Positions 18,772 through 27,063 of a DNA stretch of 64,000 nucleotides are shown one piece after another. Below the pieces are notes generated by a model, which ran no database searches, had not been told where the DNA came from, and worked only from the letters and a program-made list of their open reading frames with translations. The stretch is taken from the NCBI GenBank assembly GCA_029288725.1, contig JARIGS010000004.1, positions 15,132 to 79,131 on the forward strand, in the 5' to 3' direction. Position 1 is the first letter of the stretch, and each line of letters starts with the position of its first letter. The DNA is from Candidatus Nomurabacteria bacterium. Lineage in GTDB: Bacteria; Patescibacteriota; Minisyncoccia; Phycocordibacterales; UBA9973. Both the position numbers and the translations under genes were made by a program.

Positions 18772-19230
18772 ATGAAAGGTATACACGTTTATTTCAGTTG
18801 CGGATTAACTGGTGTGACTGATGAGTACAAGCAGGGCGCATTTTTACTGAGAGAAGAAATAAGAAAGATCCCCGGCGTTACGATCCTAGATTTTTGCGAG
18901 CCTGGTATTGGTGAAATCCAATCCAGCCTCGATGATGAGCATGTATACATTAATGATATACATGCATGTGTTGCAAAAGCAGACGCTATTGTCGCAGATG
19001 TCTCATTAGCTTCTTTTGGTGTCGGATACGAGTTGGGCGTAGGAATAGAAAAATATAAAATTCCAACATTCATGTGCAAAAAAATCGATGTTCGTATCTC
19101 TAAGATAGCGATGGGGACATCAATACATAATGACTATGTCACAATGGGCCATTATCATGAATCTCTCATAGAATTATTACCCAACGTAAAGCTCTTTTTA
19201 GAAAAAGTTATTCAGCAAAAAGATCAATAA
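18772..19230 (+). CDS. Nucleoside 2-deoxyribosyltransferase-like / deoxynucleotide N-hydrolase (Rcl/DNPH1-like) family protein.
   Basis: 'IHVYFSCGLTG' N-terminal Rossmann-like strand and 'VSLASFGVGYELGVG' fit the PF05014-like pattern. Confidence 0.55.
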   Translation: MKGIHVYFSCGLTGVTDEYKQGAFLLREEIRKIPGVTILDFCEPGIGEIQSSLDDEHVYINDIHACVAKADAIVADVSLASFGVGYELGVGIEKYKIPTFMCKKIDVRISKIAMGTSIHNDYVTMGHYHESLIELLPNVKLFLEKVIQQKDQ

Positions 19231-19232
19231 TA

Positions 19233-19258
19233 AAAGCCCCCGATAATTCGGGGGCTTT
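19233..19258. terminator. Bidirectional terminator hairpin GCCCCCG-ATAATT-CGGGGGC between the Rcl-like gene and thyA.
   Basis: Read directly. Flanked by A-run and T-run. Confidence 0.65.
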
Positions 19259-19261
19259 GTA

Positions 19262-19281
19262 CTGTGTAATATATTACACAG
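19262..19281. repeat. 20-bp perfect palindrome CTGTGTAATATATTACACAG overlapping the thyA stop codon.
   Basis: Read directly. Self-complementary. Confidence 0.8.
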
Positions 19282-20068
19282 CAATAGGTGCTTTAATGTT
19301 TGGCCAAGCATCGTAGTCTTCCAAAGTGAAGTCATCGTAGGTAAAAGAAAAAATATCTTTTACCTCAGGGTTGAGTTTCATCTTCGGAAGTTTACGTGGT
19401 TCGCGAGCAAGTTGGGTGCTAACTTGTTCAAAATGATTGTTGTACAAATGCACATCTCCACCGGTCCAAATAAAGTCGCCCACTTCCAGACCAACAACTT
19501 GAGCAACCATCATAGTCAATAATGCATATGACGCAATATTAAACGGAACACCGAGGAAGGTATCACAGCTTCGTTGGTAGAGCTGGCAGCTTAGTTTTCC
19601 ATTAGCAACATAAAACTGAAATAGGCAATGGCAGGGAGGAAGTACCATTTGATCAACGTCGGCAACATTCCATGCGGATACAATTATTCTCCTTGAGTCA
19701 GGAGAAGTCTTAAGCTGCTTTATTATCTGAGCAATCTGATCGATATGCGTTCCGGTGGGAGTCGGCCAAGATCGCCATTGGTAACCGTATACTGGACCTA
19801 AATTTCCTTGTTCATCGGCCCATTGGTCCCAGATTTTCACGCCATTATCATTCAGGTACTTGATATTAGTATCACCATTCAAGAACCAAATGAGTTCGTG
19901 AATGATTGATTTCAGATGCAACTTTTTTGTTGTCGTCAAAGGAAACCCTTCGCTGAGATCAAATCTCATTTGATACCCAAAAATACTTCTTGTCCCGACA
20001 CCAGTCCGGTCAGTTTTGTCTGCACCGTTTTGCATGATGTGCTTCATAAGGTCTAAATACTGCTTCAT
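19274..20068 (-). CDS. thyA: Thymidylate synthase (ThyA, canonical 264-aa form).
   Basis: Roughly 65% identical by eye to E. coli ThyA over the full length, including '[12 protein letters not shown]', '[10 protein letters not shown]', '[12 protein letters not shown]' and '[12 protein letters not shown]'. Confidence 0.95.
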   Translation of the reverse strand: MKQYLDLMKHIMQNGADKTDRTGVGTRSIFGYQMRFDLSEGFPLTTTKKLHLKSIIHELIWFLNGDTNIKYLNDNGVKIWDQWADEQGNLGPVYGYQWRSWPTPTGTHIDQIAQIIKQLKTSPDSRRIIVSAWNVADVDQMVLPPCHCLFQFYVANGKLSCQLYQRSCDTFLGVPFNIASYALLTMMVAQVVGLEVGDFIWTGGDVHLYNNHFEQVSTQLAREPRKLPKMKLNPEVKDIFSFTYDDFTLEDYDAWPNIKAPIAV

Positions 20069-20153
20069 ATATTCAATTGTTTTTAAAGAAGTTAAAGATT
20101 TTAGTTATTTTGTTTCCTGAACTTTACGGAATTTGAGGCAAAAGTCAATAAAC

Positions 20154-20184
20154 AAAAATCCGCCCTTTTTAAGGGGCGGATTGG
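20154..20184 (-). terminator. Hairpin terminator (ATCCGCCC TTTTTAAG GGGCGGAT) downstream of the minus-strand DUF gene.
   Basis: Stem-loop with a T-run on the minus strand. Confidence 0.55.
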
Positions 20185-20190
20185 GATAAT

Positions 20191-20763
20191 TCAAACCATT
20201 ACATCGATACCTTCGTCTGTAAGGATTTTACAGAATACGGCATAATTGCAAATGTCGGTAAAAATTTCTTCAAAATGAACACGTTTCTTTTCTGGTGCAA
20301 GCGAGGACTTGTGAATAGTTGCGGCCCGGTCGAATTTAGTGAGCATTTCATCTACCATAAACCCGATCGTTCTTTTTCGCCACGATTCACCATAGTCATG
20401 ATTTTTCCTGACGAATACTTCTTTGGTTTTTGTTACCTCGTTATCGTACATCTTTTCAAGTTCGTTGAGGGATACAGAAGCACCGACAGCAACCCCGTTT
20501 TCCCATTCGCGGCATTTTACTTTCCCTAAAATACTATAGTTGATAATAGCAGGGAATTCTGATGCAACAGTATCTTCAACTTTTTGCTGACCAACCTGTT
20601 GAATAGTCTGTATTCTTTCAAGTTTAATGCATATTTTTTCAAGAAGGGAAGCTGCTCGGTATCGCTGCCAACTTTGGCCATATTCACTGTTCTTTTTAAA
20701 AAACTCTGTTCTGCAAGAATGTATGACCTTGTCATATTCCTCGTTAGATTTATTTTGATCCAT
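20191..20763 (-). CDS. Hypothetical protein with a tandem duplicated domain carrying the K-N-x-x-Y-G-x-S-W motif.
   Basis: Two copies: 'FFKKNSEYGQSWQRYR' and 'FVRKNHDYGESWRKRTIGFMVDEMLTKFDRA'. Start refined to ATG 20763. Divergent from argS, same strand as thyA. Confidence 0.5.
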   Translation of the reverse strand: MDQNKSNEEYDKVIHSCRTEFFKKNSEYGQSWQRYRAASLLEKICIKLERIQTIQQVGQQKVEDTVASEFPAIINYSILGKVKCREWENGVAVGASVSLNELEKMYDNEVTKTKEVFVRKNHDYGESWRKRTIGFMVDEMLTKFDRAATIHKSSLAPEKKRVHFEEIFTDICNYAVFCKILTDEGIDVMV

Positions 20764-20869
20764 TGATATTTGTTTTCTGCAATATACGGGAAACGAACCA
20801 AAAGTCAAACCACCCTAATTCCTAGAGCAGGAAAATAGTAAAATCCTCATTTTCTGCTAGAATCACAGC

Positions 20870-22567
20870 ATGGAAACGACTATTCGCGAACTGATTACTG
20901 CTGCGCTGAAGGAATGCTATGGCCTTGAGGGGGTGGTATTTGCAGTGGAGCGTCCGAAGGAATTGGCGCATGGGGACTATGCGACGAATGTTGCATTGGT
21001 CATTGCAAAGACGCTTGAGGACCGACCTCAAGCATGTGCGGAAACGCTTGTTGCAACATTGAATAAAAACAAGCCGGCGGATATTGAGACCATTAGTATT
21101 GCCGGTCCGGGTTTTATCAATTTCTCACTCAGTGCAACTTTTTTTACGACCACGCTCAAAAATATTTTTGAACAAAAAGACCGATGGGGAAGTAGCGACC
21201 TCTACAAAGGAAAAAATATTTTAGTGGAGCATTCCAGCCCGAACCTGTTCAAGGCATTTCACATTGGCCATGTCATGAACAATGCCATTGGTGAATCCAT
21301 TGGTCGTCTCGCAAAACATTCTGGAGCGAATGTTCGCGTTATTTCTTTTCCTTCCGATATTTCTCTCGGTGTAGCAAAGGCAATCTTCATTCTTCTTGAA
21401 AAGTATGGCGAACACTTTGTGCCAACAGATATCGCAACATTGGGTGACGCGTATGTTGAAGGTACGAGACGTTACGATGAGGATGAAAGTATTCATGCGC
21501 GCGTGAAGGAAATTGCTGATCATTTGTATCAGCAGACGCCATCGCCAGAATGGACTATTTTTAGTATCTGCAAGGACTACAATATTAAATATTTTGAATA
21601 CATTACTGCTCGTCTCGGTTCGCATTTTGATGGCTATATCTACGAAAGTCAGGCAGGGGAAATTGGCAAAAAAATTGTTCTAGAACATACTCCGAGCGTG
21701 TTCACCGAAAGCGAAGGAGCGATCGTATATGTGCCGGATGAGGCTCGCAAGGATATCAATACTGCCGTATTCATCAACAGTCAGGGCAATCCAACGTATG
21801 AGGCCAAGGATATTGGGCTGTTGAGTATGAAGTTTGCCGATCAGCCGCTCGACCTCTCAATCTTTGTAACTGACAATCAGCAAGTACCGCATTTTCAAGT
21901 CGTGCTCGATGCTGCACATCATATCAATCCTGCATGGTCAGAAAAAAGTGTCCATGTTCATCACGGACGCATGTCATTCAAGGGCCAGAAGATGTCATCA
22001 CGTTTAGGCGGAGTGCCACTGGCAGCTGACCTTTTGGAAACACTCATTGCTGAAGTGCAGGAATACACGAAAGATCGACCAACTGCTGATGCAAAAGAAA
22101 ACCCCGAAGCAATCGCTATTGCAGCATTGAAATTCAGCATTCTCCGTGCGATGGCAGGGAAGGATATTAACTTTGATCCTGAAACGTCTTTATCATTTGA
22201 GGGAGATAGCGGTCCGTACCTGCAATACAGTACTGTTCGTGCCAACTCTATTCTTGCTAAGGCGAAAGATTGGGGAGCCGAGCTTCCAGAAGGATGGCAA
22301 ACAACTGATCTTGAAAAGATACTCATTCATTTCCCTGAAGTGGTGGAACATGCAATACAGGAATGGTCTCCGCACTTTATCGTGACCTATCTTTTGGAAT
22401 TGGCTCAGGCATTTAACAGTTGGTACGGCAATACAAAAATTATTGACCAAAGCGTCGAGCAGTCTGATGCCGCCTCTCCCTACAAGATTGCATTGACCAA
22501 AGCCTTTACACAAACGATGCAGAATGGTCTGTACCTGCTCGGTATCTCGGTGCCGGAGAAAATGTAG
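20870..22567 (+). CDS. argS: Arginyl-tRNA synthetase.
   Basis: Class I 'SSPNLFKAFHIGHVMNNAIGE' (HIGH) and 'KMSSRLGG' (KMSKS-like). Length 565 aa. Confidence 0.9.
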   Translation: METTIRELITAALKECYGLEGVVFAVERPKELAHGDYATNVALVIAKTLEDRPQACAETLVATLNKNKPADIETISIAGPGFINFSLSATFFTTTLKNIFEQKDRWGSSDLYKGKNILVEHSSPNLFKAFHIGHVMNNAIGESIGRLAKHSGANVRVISFPSDISLGVAKAIFILLEKYGEHFVPTDIATLGDAYVEGTRRYDEDESIHARVKEIADHLYQQTPSPEWTIFSICKDYNIKYFEYITARLGSHFDGYIYESQAGEIGKKIVLEHTPSVFTESEGAIVYVPDEARKDINTAVFINSQGNPTYEAKDIGLLSMKFADQPLDLSIFVTDNQQVPHFQVVLDAAHHINPAWSEKSVHVHHGRMSFKGQKMSSRLGGVPLAADLLETLIAEVQEYTKDRPTADAKENPEAIAIAALKFSILRAMAGKDINFDPETSLSFEGDSGPYLQYSTVRANSILAKAKDWGAELPEGWQTTDLEKILIHFPEVVEHAIQEWSPHFIVTYLLELAQAFNSWYGNTKIIDQSVEQSDAASPYKIALTKAFTQTMQNGLYLLGISVPEKM

Positions 22568-22581
22568 TATCATAAAGACTT

Positions 22582-23061
22582 ATGACACACGAAAAAGAGG
22601 AGCGCAGTTTGATCATTATTAAGCCTGATGCCTTGCAGCGCAGTTTAGTCGGGGAAATCATTACCCGTTTTGAGCGCAAGGGATTGAAGATTATCGGCAT
22701 GAAAATGATGCAGCTGGATACTGCCCTGGTGGAGGAGCATTATGCTCATATCAAGGACAATGATGCCGTATTTCCTCGTATCAAGCGCTTTATGACCGCT
22801 ACTCCGGTGATTGTGATGGCAGTATCAGGCATCAGTGTTATTGATGCTATTCGTAGTATCGTTGGTCCGACCCGTGGCTATGAGGCGGCAGCCGGTACTA
22901 TTCGCGGTGACTATTCACTTTCTATCCAGTCAAACATCGTCCATGCGTCTGATTCAAAGGAATCAGCCGAAGTGGAAATCAAGCGCTTCTTCAAGGAAGA
23001 TGAATTGATGCAGTACGAAAAGATCAATACCGTGTTCGTGCACTCTGATCATTTGCTGTAA
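22582..23061 (+). CDS. ndk: Nucleoside diphosphate kinase.
   Basis: 'ERSLIIIKPDALQRSLVGEIITRFERKG' and active-site region 'NIVHASDS'. Confidence 0.95.
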   Translation: MTHEKEERSLIIIKPDALQRSLVGEIITRFERKGLKIIGMKMMQLDTALVEEHYAHIKDNDAVFPRIKRFMTATPVIVMAVSGISVIDAIRSIVGPTRGYEAAAGTIRGDYSLSIQSNIVHASDSKESAEVEIKRFFKEDELMQYEKINTVFVHSDHLL

Positions 23062-23445
23062 TTAGTACAGCGAAATGTTTGACCTCATATTTTCTTGCTG
23101 TCTATCTTGTCTTCCTGATTTCATCAACTATACTGCAGGTACGGCTATCTAAAATAGTGCCTAGAACAATTTTTGTTTGGGGAAGTCTTGTGAAAAGAGG
23201 GTGCGTCAGAATTTTTATCGCGGCGTTCCTCAATTCCGGTCATCCCACTTGGCTTACAGCTAAGGCACTATTTCCAGATAGCCGTAATGAAACCATCATG
23301 CACATGCATGGTGTTTTTATATTTACCCGTGTGGTTTTCGCTCCCAGGATGTAATTTTTCCTGGCAGGCTGGCGGAAAAGATCACATCCTTTCGCATCGC
23401 GTGCATCTCACAGTATTACCTTCATTGCCGTGCTACACTATTGAT

Positions 23446-24825
23446 ATGGAACCATCGAAAACATTGAAACTCACGTTTGCGGGCGGCACTGGATCTGTTA
23501 CTGGTGCGAATTTTTTATTACAGGGCGAAGGAAAAAGTTTTTTGATTGATTGCGGATTGGCTCAGGGTTCAAAATTGGCCGAAGAGTCCAACTGGAAACC
23601 GTTTGTCTACGATCCAAGCACTATTGATGCACTGTTCATCACTCATGCTCACATTGATCACATCGGTCGTATTCCAAAACTGGTCCACGATGGGTTCAAG
23701 GGGGTTATTTATTCCACTATTCCTACCAAGGACATCACTGAACTGATGCTTGAAGATACTGCCAACATCCTTACTCACAGTGACCGTGAGGGTAATGAGA
23801 TGGTGAAGGAGATTTATACGAAGCCAATCCTCGACAAGATCTTCCAAAGCTGGCAGGTTATTGATTATCATCAGGATCTCACTATTGGTCCGTTCATTTT
23901 TCGCTATCGCGATGCTGGTCATGTCCTCGGTTCAGGCATGCTTGAAGTTATGTATAACAATAAAAAGCTCATTTTTACTGGTGATCTTGGTAACTCACCG
24001 TCACCATTGTTGCGCGATACTGAAGCCATCAAAAACGTTGACTACTTGATCATGGAAAGTGTTTACGGTGACCGCAATCACACTGCTCGCAATGAGCGTC
24101 GTATTCGTCTGGAACAGACTATTGAGGACAATTACAAGAATAAGGGCACGCTCGTCATCCCAACGTTCTCATTGGAACGTGCGCAGGAATTATTGTTTGA
24201 GATTGATCAGCTTGTTGAGCATGATCGCATTCCTGAAATGCCGATCTTCTTTGATTCGCCATTGGCCATCAAGCTTACCAAGGTCTACAGCAAGTACACA
24301 CGCTACTTCAATGACTTTGCCCGCAAGCAGATAGGGGATGGTGATGATATTTTTAATTTCCCTGGTTTGAAATTTACCCTCCTGACCGAAGAGTCAAAGG
24401 AAATTGTTCATGAGCACAATCCTAAGATTGTTATTGCCGGTAGTGGTATGAGCAATGGCGGTCGTATTCTCCATCATGAGGCAAACTATTTACCGATTGC
24501 CAATAACACGCTGTTGCTGACGGGCTATCAGGCCGAAGGAACGCTCGGTCGGATGATTGAGGATGGTGCGAAACAGATCCGCATCAGCGGCCATGAAATA
24601 GCAGTTCGTTCACACGTTGTCTTCATTGATGGATACTCAGGTCACAAGGATTCCGACCATCTCGTGCAGTTTGTCGAGCAGACGGCGGATTCGCTCAAGA
24701 AAGTCTTCGTGGTGATGGGGGAACCGAAATCATCACTGTTCCTGACCCAGCGCCTGCGTGACTATCTCGGTGTTGAGGCTTTTGCACCACAGGAAAACGA
24801 TGTAGTAGAATTAGACTGTCAATAA
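23446..24825 (+). CDS. MBL-fold beta-CASP family RNA-metabolising hydrolase (RNase J-like), 459 aa.
   Basis: 'THAHIDHIGRIPKL' metallo-beta-lactamase motif 2, later 'DAGHVLGSG', and C-terminal beta-CASP His motifs 'GYSGHKDSDHL'. Start refined to ATG 23446. Confidence 0.75.
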   Translation: MEPSKTLKLTFAGGTGSVTGANFLLQGEGKSFLIDCGLAQGSKLAEESNWKPFVYDPSTIDALFITHAHIDHIGRIPKLVHDGFKGVIYSTIPTKDITELMLEDTANILTHSDREGNEMVKEIYTKPILDKIFQSWQVIDYHQDLTIGPFIFRYRDAGHVLGSGMLEVMYNNKKLIFTGDLGNSPSPLLRDTEAIKNVDYLIMESVYGDRNHTARNERRIRLEQTIEDNYKNKGTLVIPTFSLERAQELLFEIDQLVEHDRIPEMPIFFDSPLAIKLTKVYSKYTRYFNDFARKQIGDGDDIFNFPGLKFTLLTEESKEIVHEHNPKIVIAGSGMSNGGRILHHEANYLPIANNTLLLTGYQAEGTLGRMIEDGAKQIRISGHEIAVRSHVVFIDGYSGHKDSDHLVQFVEQTADSLKKVFVVMGEPKSSLFLTQRLRDYLGVEAFAPQENDVVELDCQ

Positions 24826-24826
24826 T

Positions 24827-25453
24827 ATGCCCGAACCAATCCCACCTATCCCAACATTAGAAAACACTACCAAGCATAACCATTTGAAAATAAAAATTGG
24901 CGTGTCTGGCGCGGCTGAAACCGGCCACTGTGGCTTGCATGCATTGGAAAAAGCCAAGGCATTGGGAAGCGAAGTAGTGAAGCAGGACTGTGTATTGGTT
25001 ACTGGCGCTACTACTGGCTTTCCACTATGGGCGGCGATGGGGGCGAAGGAAGCCGGCGGCATTTCAATTGGGCTGTCGCCGGCTTCAAGCGAACGTGAGC
25101 ACATCGAAACTTGGCGCCTGCCTGTTGACTATATGGATTTGATCATCTACACCGGCTTTGGTTTTCCCGGCCGTGACCTCCTCTTCACTCGTTCCTGCGA
25201 TGCCATTATTCTCGGCTGTGGCCGTATCGGCACCATTCATGAATTCACTATTGCCTTCGAAGACGGTAAGCCAATTGGCATTCTTGAGGGTCCTTGGGCC
25301 ATGGCCGACGAAATCAAGGAAATCATTGCCAAGGGCAATCGCCCTGCGCCCCACGTCATCTTTGATGATGACCCTCATAACCTCGTCCACCGCATCATTG
25401 GCATGGTGGAAGCCAATAAGGCTGAGATCAAGAAGGATTTGCCTAATATTTAG
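24827..25453 (+). CDS. TIGR00725/LOG-like (SLOG) Rossmann-fold protein.
   Basis: 'KIGVSGAAETG...VTGATTGFPLWAAMGAKEAGGISIGLSP' matches the LOG/TIGR00725 pattern. Confidence 0.6.
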   Translation: MPEPIPPIPTLENTTKHNHLKIKIGVSGAAETGHCGLHALEKAKALGSEVVKQDCVLVTGATTGFPLWAAMGAKEAGGISIGLSPASSEREHIETWRLPVDYMDLIIYTGFGFPGRDLLFTRSCDAIILGCGRIGTIHEFTIAFEDGKPIGILEGPWAMADEIKEIIAKGNRPAPHVIFDDDPHNLVHRIIGMVEANKAEIKKDLPNI

Positions 25454-25508
25454 AAATAAGGTGTTTTTTTTGATTTATTACTCGCTGATGCTATAATTTT
25501 TTCCAGAA

Positions 25509-25677
25509 AATGACTGATGACGAGAAAAAACAAAAGATAGAGGAAATATACGAAACAGCGCGTCAGAAAATTCTTGAGTTGGAAAAACAACAAAAGGAAA
25601 TTATCAAACAATATCTTCAGGGCCTAGAACAGAAAAAAATTGAAGCCCTGCGAAAGGAAATTACAAATTCATTTTAA
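25509..25677 (+). CDS. Small (56 aa) charged coiled-coil protein. Not in the ORF track because it is under 60 aa.
   Basis: ATG 25509 to TAA 25675-25677, 'MTDDEKKQKIEEIYETARQKILELEKQQKEIIKQYLQGLEQKKIEALRKEITNSF'. Immediately upstream of a second coiled-coil gene. Confidence 0.3.
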
Positions 25678-25681
25678 TACC

Positions 25682-26749
25682 ATGGAAAACGAAAACGATT
25701 TACTAAAAAAAGACCTTGCGGGCCTCGAAAAGAAAGAAGATATTGAAAAATTCATTGATGATGCGGAATTACTTGGTGGAAACGAGGAAGTCATTGCATT
25801 GGCAAAGGAAAAAATTGACGCACTCGAACGTCAGGCAGAATCAGCTACGGTACTCCACGATAATGAAAAAAGCCAAGTGGAATATTTGGGGGGCAGTGGC
25901 ACTGAACTTGAAGAAAAAATAGCGTCAACAAATGAAGCAATAGGAACAATAAAAACGGAGGCTACTGATCAAATCAAGAAGTTGGAAAATCTTTCAGAGG
26001 AAAAATCTTCCCTCGAAAAGGTAGCTGAAATGAAAAGCCTTGATGAGGCGGCTAGTCTGGAAGAAGCTCAGGCATATGTTAAGAAACTTCAGCAGGAATA
26101 TCAGGCAATAGGCGAGAAGGACGTACCAAAGATTAAGGAATTTCTCTCGACTATTACCGAAGATGAAATGCAGAAACTTGTTAAGGAGGGCCCAGATCAG
26201 CAGCGAGATTTAGCGTATGTAAAAGAACAAATTCAAAAAGCATTGCAATCAGAAGGAAAAGAAATAAAAGGAGTTCATTGGGTGAGAGCAGTATCAGCGT
26301 TGAGAAACCTTGATAGAAATTTTTCCGATCAATTGGAGCAAGATGATGACGAGCAAACAGCAAAAAGAAAGGAAGGGTATCGGTTTGAGAACTTTTCTCG
26401 TTCATTAGAACGAATGAAAAAAGAGGGGACCAGTGAGTATATTCAAAATGCAATGAATCCATGGCGATCATGGTCAGGCGCAGATGAAGAAAACGATGCC
26501 GTAGCGCTTGCTCGACAAATGGGCATAATTACACCTGACGAGATTAAAAAAGCCATTACGGAATATTTTGACGCAAGGTTTATAAATAATGAATATCCTA
26601 ATAAGATGCAAAATCTCTTGAGGAGTGCAGAGTATCTCCTTGACCGAGGAAAGCAATTTGGAGAAGTCGAAGTGGTCAAAGAAAACTTAAAAAAGGCAGG
26701 ATTGACCGACATGCAGATTCAGCAGGCGGAAACCAGACAGTACCATTAA
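25682..26749 (+). CDS. Hypothetical acidic coiled-coil protein (355 aa).
   Basis: Long heptad-rich, E/K-rich sequence. Start refined to ATG 25682. Confidence 0.5.
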   Translation: MENENDLLKKDLAGLEKKEDIEKFIDDAELLGGNEEVIALAKEKIDALERQAESATVLHDNEKSQVEYLGGSGTELEEKIASTNEAIGTIKTEATDQIKKLENLSEEKSSLEKVAEMKSLDEAASLEEAQAYVKKLQQEYQAIGEKDVPKIKEFLSTITEDEMQKLVKEGPDQQRDLAYVKEQIQKALQSEGKEIKGVHWVRAVSALRNLDRNFSDQLEQDDDEQTAKRKEGYRFENFSRSLERMKKEGTSEYIQNAMNPWRSWSGADEENDAVALARQMGIITPDEIKKAITEYFDARFINNEYPNKMQNLLRSAEYLLDRGKQFGEVEVVKENLKKAGLTDMQIQQAETRQYH

Positions 26750-26767
26750 AGAAATATTTGACTGCCA

Positions 26768-26796
26768 TTGAAACGTAGTTATTTTTGTGCTACATT
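26768..26796 (+). promoter_or_regulatory. Promoter TTGAAA-N17-TACATT (with upstream TG) driving the ileS leader.
   Basis: Read directly. Positioned about 10 nt before the start of the T-box leader. Confidence 0.4.
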
Positions 26797-26802
26797 TCGA
26801 TT

Positions 26803-27045
26803 AGCAGCGATGAAGAGGCTATCACCTCGGAGCTCTGGGAAGAAAGCCCGCCTACGCATAATGCTACGGCGCGGGAACTAGACCCCAGCGGGCATGCCCG
26901 TTATAGCAGTAATGAAGAATCCGCCTTTGCAAATGCTACGGCGAGATGAGGAACTAAGGTGGTACCGCGACATGAAAATCGCCCTTAGATTATGATGAGT
27001 ATTTCATCGTGATCTCAGGGCGATTTTTTGTTACAACAGGCAATA
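26803..27045 (+). promoter_or_regulatory. T-box riboswitch leader (tRNA-Ile sensing) upstream of ileS.
   Basis: T-box consensus 'AACTAAGGTGGTACCGCGA' at 26952-26969. An intrinsic terminator 'AAAATCGCCCT...TCAGGGCGATTTTTT' (26976-27029) overlaps it, giving the antiterminator/terminator alternative. Candidate specifier 'GCTATCAC' (ATC, Ile codon) at 26821-26823. Start of ileS follows at 27064. Confidence 0.7.
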
Positions 27046-27063
27046 AAATTAATTTACAACTAT

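Noticed and set aside
23062-23445. 380-nt intergenic region before the RNase J-like gene; 'CCCAGGATGTAAT...TGGCAGGC' faintly resembles the 3' strand of 4.5S/SRP RNA domain IV
   Set aside because: The indispensable SRP motif (GGAAGCAGCC-type conserved loop) is absent. Similarity is limited to ~15 nt. It was left unannotated rather than called as ffs.
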